A DNA stretch of 64,000 nucleotides from Octopus sinensis. Lineage: Eukaryota. How positions within the stretch are numbered: position 1 is the first letter of the stretch; every line of letters starts with the position of its first letter. Of this stretch, positions 13,231 to 24,789 are shown one piece after another. Location of the stretch: contig NC_043001.1 in NCBI RefSeq assembly GCF_006345805.1, forward strand, positions 108,314,001 to 108,378,000. The letters are read 5' to 3'. Both the position numbers and the translations under genes were made by a program. The notes below the pieces were generated by a model. That model did not search any database and was not told where the DNA came from. It was given only the letters and a program-made list of their open reading frames with translations.

Positions 13231-13972
13231 AAGGCAGCGAGCTGGCAGAAACGTTAGCACGCCAAGTGAATTGCTTAGCGGTATTTCGTCTATCTTTACG
13301 TTCTGAGTTCAAATTCAGCCGAGGTCGACTTTGCCTTTCATCCTTTCGGGGTATATTAAATAAGTACCAGTTACACACTGGGGTTGATATACTCGACTTA
13401 ATCCATTTGTCTGTCCTTGTTTGTCCTCTCCGCGTTTAGCCCCTTGTGGGTAGTAAAGAAATAGGTATTTCGTCTCTCTTTATGTTCTGAGTTCAAATTC
13501 CACCGAGGTCAACTTTGCCTTTCATCTTTTCGAGGTCGATAAATTAAGTACCAGTTACGCACTGGGGTCGATGTAATCAACTTAATCCGTTTATCTGTCC
13601 TTGTTTGTCCCCGCTATGTTTAGCCCCTTGTGGGTAGTAAAGAAATAGGTATTTCGTCTGTCTTTAAATTCTGAGTTCAAATTCCACCGAGGTCAACTTT
13701 GCCTTTCATCCTTTTAGGGTCGATTAATTAAGTACCAGTTGCATACTGATGTCAATCTAATCAATTGGCCCCTTCCCCCAAAATTTTGGGTCTTGTACCT
13801 GGAGTTGAAAAGTGATGAGTTTAAAGGTGGCAAGCTGGCAGAAATGTTAGCACACCGGGCAAAATACTTAGTGGTATTTCATCTGTCTTTACGTTGGGAG
13901 TTCAAATTCCACCAGGGTCAACTTTGCCTTTCATCCTTTCAGGGTCAATAAATTAAGTACCAGTTGCATGTA
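13231..13972 (+). mobile_element. SINE family B multimer (three units plus a further copy)
   Basis: GGTATTTCG at 13280, 13464 and 13648 (period 184); fourth head at ~13824. Confidence 0.9.
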
Positions 13973-13998
13973 AGTATTTCATTTATTTTTTATCGTAT

Positions 13999-14057
13999 TC
14001 TCTACTGATGAGGGGAAAATCCATTGGATTAATCCAGAAACTGATGCAATATAGAGA
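13999..14057 (+). ncRNA. Degenerate type I hammerhead ribozyme motif
   Basis: Stem I TCTCTA/TAGAGA, CTGATGA, stem II hairpin, GAAA, stem III ACTG/CAAT (one mismatch), UA site; stem II closing pair imperfect. Confidence 0.55.
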
Positions 14058-14181
14058 TAACGTATTTAAAAAAAATAAATCAGTCAGCTTGCTTTCCTCG
14101 ATTTCAGTAGAACGTGTATGCATAATGATGTATATTGAATGTGGCGATTGATGATTTAAAGTTTATTTTCTAAGCATAATA

Positions 14182-14610
14182 CACACACACACATATATGA
14201 CGGGCTTCTTTCAGTTTCCATCTACCAAATCCACTCCCAAGGCTTTGGTTGGCCCAAGGCTATAGCAGAAGACACTTGCCCAAGGTGCCACACAGTAGAA
14301 CTGAACTTGGAACCATGTGGTCGGTCAGCAAGCTACTCCTATGCCATATATATATATATATATATACACATATATATCTGTGTGTGCATATATTTTTGTG
14401 CCTGTGTTTGTCCCCCTGCCACCATTGCTTGACAACGAATGTTGGTGTGTTTACGTTCCCCGTAACTTAACAGCTCAGCAAAGAAGACCGATAGGATAAG
14501 TACTAGGCTTACAAAGAAAATGTTCTGGGGTCAATTTGTTTGACTAAAGGCGGTGCTCCAACATGGCCGCAGTCAAATGACTGAAACAAGTAAAAGAATA
14601 AAAGAATAAA
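14182..14610. mobile_element. SINE family A with 5' half inverted relative to 3' half
   Basis: Head/CORE half on minus (14182-14345), tail half on plus (14345-14610), joined at (TA)n. Confidence 0.85.
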
Positions 14611-15044
14611 TAAATAATTTACTCAAAACAAGGGAAAAGCAGAGCCTGTAACCATTTGTAAACCAGCACCAGACTAGTAATTGTTTCAGCTTGAAATTCA
14701 AGGTCAAAGTTTGTAGGGTCAGTGTGAGAAAGGTCAGCATTCCAGATGGTTACAGTCCTAGAAAGGATAAATTATGAGAAGTATTTCACGCATGGCCGGA
14801 GAGATGAAACCAGCTCCGTCTTGCATTGTTGGACAATTATCTCTGTTCCTGCAGCACATAATAGGAGCAGAATATTTGAGTGATCGATTCTATTAAGACT
14901 AAATAACATGAAAATGGTATAAATTTTGTGGATAGCGTTTTGAAGAATTAGGTGGATTGTTATTCAAGAACATGCAGGTGACCCTGCTGATGGTATTGAA
15001 TGGGGTGGAATTTTGATGTAACACAAGACAAAGTGGAGAGTATA

Positions 15045-15328
15045 TACAATGGAGAGGAAAGGAGAGAGGAAAGGAAGTTAAAAAGTGGAAAACAAAAAAG
15101 AATATTTTTAGGAGAGAGGGAGAGAGAGAGTAAAAGAGAAAGAAAGAAAGAGGGAGGGAAGGAGGGAGAGGGAGGAAGAGGGAAAGAAAGAAAGAAAGAA
15201 AGAGAAAGAGAGAGTAAAAGAAAGAAAGAAAGAGAAAGAGAGAGTAAAAGAGAAAGAAAGAAAGAACGAAAGAGAGAGATAGGGAGAGGGAAAGAAAGAG
15301 AGACACAGGGAGAGGGAAAGAAAGAGAG

Positions 15329-15359
<31 letters not shown>

Positions 15360-15430
15360 GCAAAAAGAAAGAAAGAAAGAGAGAAAGAAGGAAAGAGAGA
15401 AAGAAGGAAAGAGAGAAAGAGAGAAAGAAA
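15045..15430. repeat. Polypurine (GA/GAAA)n tract
   Basis: Almost pure A/G on the plus strand. Confidence 0.95.
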
Positions 15431-15534
15431 TGCCAAGTGAATAAGGTAAACAAGGAGATAGATACAGGACGGCCAGAAAGATGGATATACACAAACAGAA
15501 GATAGAGAGAAATGCTGACACAGAGATATGCACA

Positions 15535-15725
15535 GGGATAGACAGGCAGACAAGTAGACAGACAGACAGGTAGACAAGTATGCAGATAGACACATAGTTA
15601 TGCAGACAGATGGATAGATAGATAGATAGCTGGATAGATGGCTAGATGGATGGTCAGATAGACAGACAGACAGATAGATAGATAAATAGATAGATAACTA
15701 GATAGATAGATAGATAGATAGATAT

Positions 15726-15771
<46 letters not shown>

Positions 15772-15901
15772 AACAGACAGACAGACAGACCGACAGACAG
15801 ACAGACAGACGACAGACAACAGACGACAGACGACAGACAGACGACAGACAGACAGACAGACAGACAGACATACAGACAGACAGACAGACAGACAGACAGA
15901 C

Positions 15902-15949
<48 letters not shown>

Positions 15950-16240
15950 TATAGATAGATAGGTATATAGATAGATAGGCATATATAGATATAGATATAT
16001 AGGTAGATAGATAGATAAATAAATAGATAGATAAATAGATAGGTAGATAGACAGATAGATAGGTAGATAGGTAGATAGATAGGTTGATAGATAGATAGAT
16101 AGGTAGATAGATAGGTAGATAGATAGAAGGATAGATAGATAGACAGATAGATAGATAGACAGATAGATAGATATTAAATAGATAGGTAGATAGGTAGATA
16201 GATGGACAGATAGATAGGTAGGTAGGTAGGTAGGTAGATA
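15535..16240. repeat. (GATA/GACA/GGTA)n compound tetranucleotide array
   Basis: Direct inspection. Confidence 0.95.
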
Positions 16241-18792
16241 TGTTTCTTTATTAGCCACACAGGCTGCACACAGATAGAACAATTACAAGGTAGAGCTTTT
16301 CTTTTGAAGGTTTAAAAAAATAAAAAAATAAAAAATAAAAAAATAAAATAAAAATAAAATAAAAAGGGGGGGTCGATCAAAAAGGATCGTAAAAGGAGAG
16401 AAAGAGACAAAAAAAAAAAGGGGGGGGTTAAAAAAAAAAAAGGGGAGAGGAAAAAAATTGATCAATAGGGATCGTTATACAGAATGTCAATATGAAGTGT
16501 AAAGGGAGGACAGGTGAGGTTTACCCGTGGAAAGAAAAGCCTACGGAAAAGACCACGGTAACCTCGGTCAATGAGTCACATGTTATATTTTTTTTTTTTT
16601 TTTGCAAATAAGCAACTCTCTGTATTAATTTTTACGGTTCATAGAATCATAGTCAAGGTGGCTTCGTCATTCATACGTGCCATCCTTGCTACATTCACCC
16701 ATCTTTTTTTAAAACATTCACTAGACAAAACTTGCCTCTCTACTCTCACTTTTTTTCTTCAAGTGATACTTGAAGAAGTTGATGAGAGATTGACCAGAGA
16801 GGAAAGTGTTTGTCTCTAATCCTTTCAGACGCGTCCACCAGATACATTCTTTCGCCATAGCCACAAGTATGATAAAAATAGCTCTTCCTTCCCGTTTGAA
16901 GGAAGGAGGCGTGACGATATTAACGATAGACTCGGCTGATAACCGACACGTCCCACACGTGACAGCAGTCGTTCGACATAATCCCCCAGGTGGGAAATTG
17001 CTGGACACTGCACGATTGCGTGCAGAGCGGTTTCGTCGCTCTGCCCGCATCTCGGGCAGGTCGGCCCCGTGTTTCTCGAGCCATGCCTATAGAGCTTATC
17101 CCGAACGGGTAGCGCTTCTCGGTAGCACCGCCAGCCAGGGATCTCTGGAAGTTGTCCATAGGTCCCGGGCCGAAAGTCGTTTGAAACAGGCGGGTCAGGT
17201 ATTCCTTGTCGACGCCCAGGTTTGGCCCGAGCTCGTCGTCGTACCTCCCCTCCATTAATCCCCTATAGAATGCTTTGGTTGTGTTGAAGTCACTCAAGGT
17301 CGACCCGGGACGGCAGAGAGTTGCTTGAGAGCAACGCGACACTTGCGGTGCCATTCGCCCTTCTTCGGCCTCTTTTTTGATCCACGACTGTAGTTCGGTC
17401 ATGGAGACGATTGCGGGAATGCGTGCCTCACAAACGGCGACCACACCTGTTCACCGTCGTCTACATAGTCCGGAGATGTCGCAGTCTCACGCGCGTGGCG
17501 CGCATCATCAACCACGGCATGCCCAGCCCTCCTTTTAACGGGTGTTGACAGCAAATGGATCGCCTGACCATCGGGACGCATCCTTTCCACAAGAAGCGGA
17601 AGAGGATGCGTTCTAGTTTGGTGATGGTAGGGTCGGGACAAGGTACGACGGTCAGGCGGTAGTAGATGATGGACGCGATGTACGCGTTCACCACCTCCGC
17701 CGACCTTTTAGGGACAGTTTCCTCTCGGCCCATTGCTGGGCGAGAGTGACCACCCTACTCGTTATCTCGCTCAGTTCTTCTCCATTTGGAGGTCCGGACC
17801 GAACCAGACCCCGAGCAACTCAACCGGGCCGTCTGTCCAGCGTCCCACGAGGAGGTACTGGTGGACGGCATGGGCTTGCTTCTCCAGGTGCCGAGCCGCA
17901 AGCCCACTGACTTTTCCCGGTTGATTTTTGCTCCTGTCACCGCTTCGTAGTCTTTCAGTGTCTCGCCGACCCGCTCGATGTGCTCGTGGCTTGACACTAT
18001 GACGGTGACGTCGTCCACGTATGCAGACACGCTCGTCCCGCATCCTAATTCTCGCGGGATGCCCCTCAGAGTCGCCAGCTCCGCAGTAGTGGCTTAAGAG
18101 TCAATACGTATAGAAGCGCCGAGAGGGGGCATCCCTGACGGACCGAACGTGCAATGTCGAAGGGTCTCGATAGATGTCCATTTACGCGAATTACCGAACG
18201 GATGCCCCTGTACAAGGCAGCTATCCAGCCGCGGAAGAGGGACCGAAACCAGCCGCTCTCAGGACTGCCTCCAAGTATCGATGGTCTTACCCTATCAAAG
18301 GCTTTCGATTGATCCAAGTTGATCAGGGCCCCACCCATGCCAGGTTCGTTACTACCCTGTCTATGATGTAGCGCATCAGATGGAGGTTGTCATGGATGCT
18401 CCGGCCCGGCACGGCGCACGTTTGTGCGTTGTCGACCAGTTTCTCCATGACAAGCGCCAACCTCTTGGCTAACACCTTGTCAAAATTTTCAGGTCTGCAT
18501 TGAGCAGAGTGATTGGCCTAAAGTTATCTATAATGTTTCCCTTGTTTGGATCTTTCTTCAGCAGAGTTACAGCTCCTCGACTCACAAAACCGGGTATGCT
18601 CCCGTTTTGCTGCCAAGACGTCTCCAAACAAGTCTGGCATACAATAGTAAAATTCGTAGGGTAGACCATCCAAACCCGGTGATTTGTCCCTCGAGCATTC
18701 TGCCATCGCTTCCCGCACTTCCGCCGCCGTGATGGCACCTTCGCAGCACCCTGCCTTTCTTGTCGAGAGTCGTGGCAGGCTATGTAGGTAGG
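16241..18792 (-). mobile_element. 5'-truncated, frameshifted Tx1/L1-clade non-LTR retrotransposon
   Basis: KSPGLDGLPYEFY, NFRPITLLNADLKIL, INLDQSKAFDRV, SVRQGCPLSALLY, SAYVDDVT; CCHC knuckle CPRCGQSDETALHAIVQC (17005-17058); AATAAA near the 3' end (~16248-16253). Confidence 0.92.
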
Positions 18793-19251
18793 CACTGGTA
18801 GATAGATAGCCAGACAGACAGACGGATGGATAGATGGATGGATGGACGGACAGACAGACAAGCAGAGACCAGACAGACAGAATAATGGATGGATGGGTAG
18901 GAGTGGTACAAGAGAAAGTATGAAGCCATTTGCAAGAGTAATTCAAAATGCCAAGTAAAACAAACAAACCCAAAAAGCAACAAGAATTAATTTCTCATAG
19001 CAACAAAGATCATCGTGGAGAAATATGAATCCAAGACGTTCGCTGAGTGTATTGAAAGGAGATTGAAAGCCTCAATTCTTAAAAAGAATACAAAAATGTA
19101 CACAGACATATAATCTCAACTGAATTACATCTCATTTTAACTAGAGTTCATTTTCTTTTCTTCTGCTGCTTAAACTGTATAATGATGCGTGTGTGTGTAT
19201 AGAATGTGTCTATGCATATATATATATAAATATATATATAAAATATATACA

Positions 19252-19402
19252 CAGGAGTGGCTGTGTGGTATGTAGCTTGCTAACCAACCAGGTTCAGTCC
19301 CACTGCATGGCATCTTGGGCAAGTGTCTTCTGCTATAGCCCCGGGCCGACCAATGCCTTGTGAGTGGATTTAGCAGACGGAAACTGAAAGAAGCCCGTCG
19401 TA

Positions 19403-19436
<34 letters not shown>

Positions 19437-19647
19437 TGCGTGTGTTTGTGTGTCTGTGATTGTCCCCCTAGCATTGCTTGACAACCGATGCTGGTGTGTT
19501 TACGTCCCCGTCACTTAGCGGTTCAGCAAAAGAGACCGATAGAATAAGTACAAAGAATAAGTCCCGGGGTCGATTTGCTCAACTAAAGGCGGTGACCTAG
19601 CATGGCCACAGTCACATGACTGAAACAAGTAAAAGAGTAAAAGAGTA
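19252..19647 (+). mobile_element. SINE family A, near full length
   Basis: Head, CORE-like motif, microsatellite, tail ...GACTGAAACAAGTAAAAGAGT. Confidence 0.9.
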
Positions 19648-19712
19648 TATATATATATATATCTGTGTGTGTATATGTATATAGGTATTTGCACATACAC
19701 GCACATGAATTA

Positions 19713-20010
19713 GGCACAGAAGTGGCTGTGTGGTACGTAGCTTGCTTACCAACCACATGGTTCTGGGTTCATTATGCACCAACCCAATATATGTGTGTGT
19801 GTGTGTGTGTGTGTATGTGTTTATCTTCCAATCACCACTTGACAGCTGACGTCAGTGTGTTTTGATCCTTGTAACTTAATGGTTTGGCAATAGAATAAGT
19901 ACTAGGCCTACAAAAAAATAAGTCCCAGGGTCAATTTGTTCAACTAAAAGGCAGTGCTCTAGCATGGCCACAGTCAAATGACTGAAACATGTAAAAGAAT
20001 AAAAGAATAC
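19713..20010 (+). mobile_element. SINE family A with CORE deletion
   Basis: Head joined directly to microsatellite and tail. Confidence 0.8.
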
Positions 20011-20344
20011 AAATAGAAACACTTATGAATACTCAAACATATACATGACACACATATGGAGATTACATATACATTGATACTTGCAGACATGTATATACAT
20101 ATATTCACACACATACTCATACCTATCCCCATAGATATATTTACACACACACACACACACACAGACTACCAACACATTCACACACTTGGGGCAAATTAGC
20201 AAATTCAACAGAACAAAGAACAAAATTCCTTCAGTATTTAATTAAAGCATTTTACATTTTGATTTCTAGACATGGCTGAGAACAACTGTGGCCTCCATTG
20301 TTCCAGCCATGGACTCAGTTCCGACAATAAGCCCCAAGATGGAG

Positions 20345-20675
20345 AGTAGAATTATAATGGCACCCATGCTGGTGGCACGTAAAATGCACCATCTGAACAT
20401 GGTCAATGCTAGTGGCCCCTGACTGGCTCCCGTAAAAAGCACCATCCAAAAGGGGTCAATACCAGTGACCCCTGATTGGCTCCCATGCCAGTGGCACATA
20501 AAAAGCACCCACTACACTCTCAGAATGATTGGCGTTAGCAAGGGCATCCAGCTGTTGAAATATTGCCAGATCAGATTGGAGCCTGGTGCAGCCTTCTGGC
20601 TTGCTAAACCTCAGTCAAACCATCCAACCCATGCTAGCATGGAAAACAGACGTTAAACAACAATGACGATAATGA
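20345..20675 (+). mobile_element. RTE 3'-tail element
   Basis: 66-bp-type units, then TTGGCGTTAGCAAGGGCATCCAGCTG and a (GAT)-like tail. Confidence 0.85.
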
Positions 20676-20716
20676 TAACCCCCCCACACACACCCACACC
20701 TACATACATACATATA

Positions 20717-20870
20717 TACAAGGTCTGATCAAAAAGTATCAGTACTGTTGCTATGGTAACAGAGCTGAAGTAATATGCAGAATGAAGTCGCTTGGCACAG
20801 ATTGACCTTAAACTCGATCATGCATGCACACTTAGTTATAACATTCCTTCCACTTCCATAGTCTATAGTA
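20717..20870 (+). mobile_element. mariner-like terminal fragment
   Basis: TACAAGGTCTGATCAAAAAGTATC resembles the TIR at 22586-22616. Confidence 0.55.
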
Positions 20871-20969
20871 ATGCTTGGAAATAAAGTCTGTAAAGTGTGG
20901 TCATCTCAAGAAGATGACCGAGATTCAGCCGTACAAGATCTCCTTGACTGTCTTAAGGAAGACAATATT

Positions 20970-21440
20970 AGCCCCAGCCCATCCAAAGTACCTTGGATTG
21001 CAGACCGACCTGCTGTGCTTACCTTGGATTGTAGGGTGACCTGCTGTGCTTGAGGAGACCTATTGAGTCAAGTACATCAACATCAAAATAAATATCAAAT
21101 GGAAATTATAGTTGTGATACCTGTGCCAGTGACACATAAAAAGCACCATCCGAATGTGGCCGATGCCAGCACCGCCTTGACTGGTTTCTGTGCCGGTGGC
21201 ACATAAAAAGCACCAACTGATTGTGGCCACTGCCAGCCTCCCCTGGCACCTGTGCTGGTGGCACGTAAAAAGCACCCACTACACTCATGGAATGGTTGGC
21301 ATTAGGAAGGGCATCCAGCTGTAGAAACTGCCAGATCAGATTGGAGCCTGGTGCAGCCTCCTGGCTTCCCAGACCCCGGTCGAACCTTCCAACCCATGCT
21401 AGCACGGAAAACGGGCGTTAAATGACGATGATGATGATGA
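20970..21440 (+). mobile_element. RTE 3' UTR fragment
   Basis: Matches 27020-27470 of the RTE; small internal duplication of ACCTTGGATTG...GACCTGCTGTGCTT. Confidence 0.9.
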
Positions 21441-22149
21441 CATGGGTATGGGGCAGTAACATACAGAACTCTAAGTTTCTGAGCAGTGGTTCAATACTCA
21501 CTGTATTCCAGTGTAATCACACTTTGAAGTAATATTTTGCAGAACTTATTGGGGTTTTTTTCTTACTTAGGTGGAAAATATTTAAAAATTTCAAATAGTC
21601 CAGATTTCCTTGATCAAAACCCTTTTGATTTCTAGCTCATAAGTCAAGCTAGGCCAATCATTTGTTCAATGAATGAAATGTGGAAAGGATGGCGTTATGT
21701 AATCTCTCATTGTTGCCCAGGTTTCCAAAGAACTGGAAAAAATTGATGTTTCCTGTGATTTTGTTGTTTCTCACAATAAAACAAATCATCCTTACAAGAA
21801 TAGAGTAACACCAGCAAATTATTTTGTGATTGATTTAAATCATTCGAATACACTCTGTATACTCCAAAAGCTGTGGACAACACAAAGCTGGTGTTGTGCA
21901 ACCATTCCAACTTTGTTGGTGGTCACTTTTCTGAAATGCACCAGAAATGTACTGACAGACATATAAGCAAAAAGACAAAAAAAGACTTTTTTTCTTTCTT
22001 TTGATTCCTGTCTAGAACATTCCATAAAAGAACAAAGGAATTTCACAATTTTATGGTTACAGAAGTAACAGCTTTATACAGAGATATCAGTCCTAGAGAT
22101 AATGGTTTTTTAGTGGTATGTAATCACATCATATACCTAGGTAAATCTC

Positions 22150-22785
22150 TTTCATCATTTGTTCGTTTCAGTCACTAGACTGGAGCCATGCTGGGGCACC
22201 ACCTCGAAGGGTTTTTAGTCAAATGAATCAACTCCAGTACTTTGATTTTTTAAAAAACCTGGTACTTATTCTATTAGTCTCTTTTGCCGAACCGTTAAGC
22301 TACAAGGATGTAAACACACCAACACCAGATGTCAAGCAGTAGTGCCAGTGGCACGTGGAAAGCACCATCTGAAAGTGCTCGATGCCAGCCCCCACTGGCC
22401 CCTCTGTTGGTGGCATGTAAAAAGCACCCACTACACTCTGGGAGTGGTTGGCATTAGGAAGGGCATCCAGCTGTAGAAACTCTGCCATCTGGCTTCCCAG
22501 ACCCCAGTTGAACCGTCCAACCTATGCCGGTATTGAAGGTGGACATTAAACGATAATGATGATGTAGTTTTTGTTTTTATAGCACCAGTCCGGATACTTA
22601 TTGATCAGACCTCGTATATACGACAGGCTTCTTTCCGTTTCCATCTACCAAGTTCACTCACAATGTTTTGATCAGCCCTAGGTTATGGTAGAAGACACAT
22701 GCAGCAAGGTGCCACACAGTGGGACTGAACCCAGAACCATGCAGCTGGGAAACAAGCTTCTTACCACACAGCCACAATGTGTATA
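22150..22785. mobile_element. Nested cluster: SINE A (-) split by an RTE tail (+, ~22340-22562) and a mariner-like TIR (22586-22616)
   Basis: SINE 3' half 22150-22335, 5' half 22617-22785; TIR reads TACGAGGTCTGATCAATAAGTATCCGGACTG on minus. Confidence 0.8.
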
Positions 22786-22929
22786 GAACCATCTTATTTT
22801 TCTGAAGCTGGGAATGTGTGACATGAGGGGGAGTTGGCTACAGTGTCTTGTATGCTGAGTGTAAACGCGCAGAAGTTTCCACACTCAGCTCTCTCATGGG
22901 TCTGGAGTTTCGCTATTGCTGCTGCAGCT

Positions 22930-23772
22930 GACGATGACAATAATGGTGGTGGTGGTGGTGGTGGTGATGATGATGGTGGTGGTGATGGTGGTGATGATGA
23001 TGATGGTGGTGGTGGTAGTGGTGATGATGATGTTTGTGGTAGTGGTGGTGTAGGTGATGGTGATGATGGTGGTGATGGTGGTGGTGATGGTGGTGGTGAT
23101 GATGATGGTGGTGGTAGTGGTGGTGGTAGTGGTGATGATGGTGGTGGTGGTGGTGGTGGTGATGATGATTGTGATGGTGGTGATGATGATTATGATGGTG
23201 ATGGTAATGGGGGTGATGGTGGTGGTGGTGGTGATGATGGTGATTATGATGATGAGGATGGTGGTGGTGGTGATGGTGGTGATGATGATGGTGGTGGTGG
23301 TGGTAGTGGTGATGATGATGTTTGTGGTAGTGGTGGTGTAGGTGATGGTGATGATGGTGGTGATGGTGGTGGTGATGGCGATGATGATGGTGGTGGTAGT
23401 GGTGGTGGTAGTGGTGATGATGGTGTGGTGGTGGTGGTGGTGATGATTGTGATGGTGGTGATGATGATTATGATGGTGATGGTAATGGGGGTGATGGTGG
23501 TGGTGGTGGTGATGATGGTGATTATGATGGTGATGATGGTGGTGATGGTGGTGGTGATGGCGATGATGATGGTGGTGATGATGGTGGTGGTGGTGGTGGT
23601 GGTGGTGATGATGATGGTGATGGTGGTGATGGTGATGATGATTATGATGGTGATGGTAATGGGGGTGGTGGTGGTGGTGGTGATGATGGTGATTATGATG
23701 ATGGTGGTGGTGGTTGTGGTGGTGGTGGTGGTGGTGGTGATGATGATGGTGATGTTGCAGATAGTAGTGATG
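22930..23772. repeat. (GGT/GAT)n trinucleotide array with internal block duplications
   Basis: AGTGGTGATGATGATGTTTGTGGT at 23017 and 23305. Confidence 0.95.
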
Positions 23773-24364
23773 GGGGTAAGCCAATGCGTAGAATTCCTGA
23801 AATTTCACAGAAAGCAGCTCTCAGAGGTTCGGGACAAAAGCAATTTAAACAACTGTTGCTCCTGCGCCAGACATTGTGTGTGAGTAAGTGCGTACGTGTG
23901 TGATCACAAGTCTGTGTGCATACGTGTGTGCATGTGTGTGTGTGTGTGTGTGTGGTGTGTGTGTGTGTGTGTGTGTGTGTGTGCATGCGTGTGTCTCTGC
24001 GGGTGCCGAATTTCAATCATTGATGCTGTTACTATTGATTTTTATTATAGTTACAATTACTACTACTACTACTACTACAGCTACTGCTGCTAGTACTGTG
24101 GATTCTTCAAGTTCCAGTAACATTTAACAGTAAATACTATCAAAACTACCGACCAATTACAGAGAAGCATTTTTTCCGACTGTGATTTAATAACATAATA
24201 CAAAACAGGAAAAGAAAGCACTAGAATGGGACTGGAAAATAAATTTTAATCTAATTTAAAATGAAACGAATAATAAACATATTTTCAAGATGTTTTTGTA
24301 TTTCATCTGATTATAAATTTATAAAACACATAGATATATATACGTATAGACATGTGTATATATT

Positions 24365-24746
24365 CTCTTATTCATTTATTTGTTTCAGTCATTTGACTGT
24401 GGCCATGCTGGAGCACCACCTTTAGTTGAACAAATCGACCCCAGGACTTATTCTTTGTAAGCCTTGTAGTTCATATTCTATCGGTCTTCTTTTGCCGAAC
24501 TGCTAAGTTATGGGGGACATAAACACACCAACATCGGTTGTCTATACAGACAGACACACAAACACATACACACACACATATATATATATGCTTCTTTCAG
24601 TTTCCATCTACCAAATCCACTCACAAGGCTTTGGTCGGACCAAGGCTACAGTAGAAGACACTTAGCCATGGTGCCATGCAGTAGGACTGAACCGGGAACC
24701 ATGTGGTTGGTAAGCAGGATACTTACCACACAGCCACTCCTGTGCC

Positions 24747-24747
<1 letters not shown>
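24365..24747 (-). mobile_element. SINE family A, full length
   Basis: All modules present on the minus strand. Confidence 0.9.

Positions 24748-24785
<38 letters not shown>

Positions 24786-24789
<4 letters not shown>

Noticed and set aside
14899-16282. Several 150-210 aa ORFs
   Set aside because: Translations of GA/GAAA and GATA/GACA repeats.
21721-21966. 81-codon plus-strand open frame VSKELEKIDVSCDF... and the overlapping minus ORF 21707-21910
   Set aside because: No recognisable homology, weak donors, and open frames on both strands; cannot be separated from chance.
20717-22616. A single 1.9 kb mariner defined by two inverted TIRs
   Set aside because: The right TIR lies inside a SINE whose other half is between the TIRs, and no transposase is present; more likely separate relics.
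22834-23883. 349 aa Gly/Asp then Val/Met ORF and 304 aa poly-His/Thr ORF
   Set aside because: Stop-free by composition, the frame slips mid-array, and there are no splice or start context cues.
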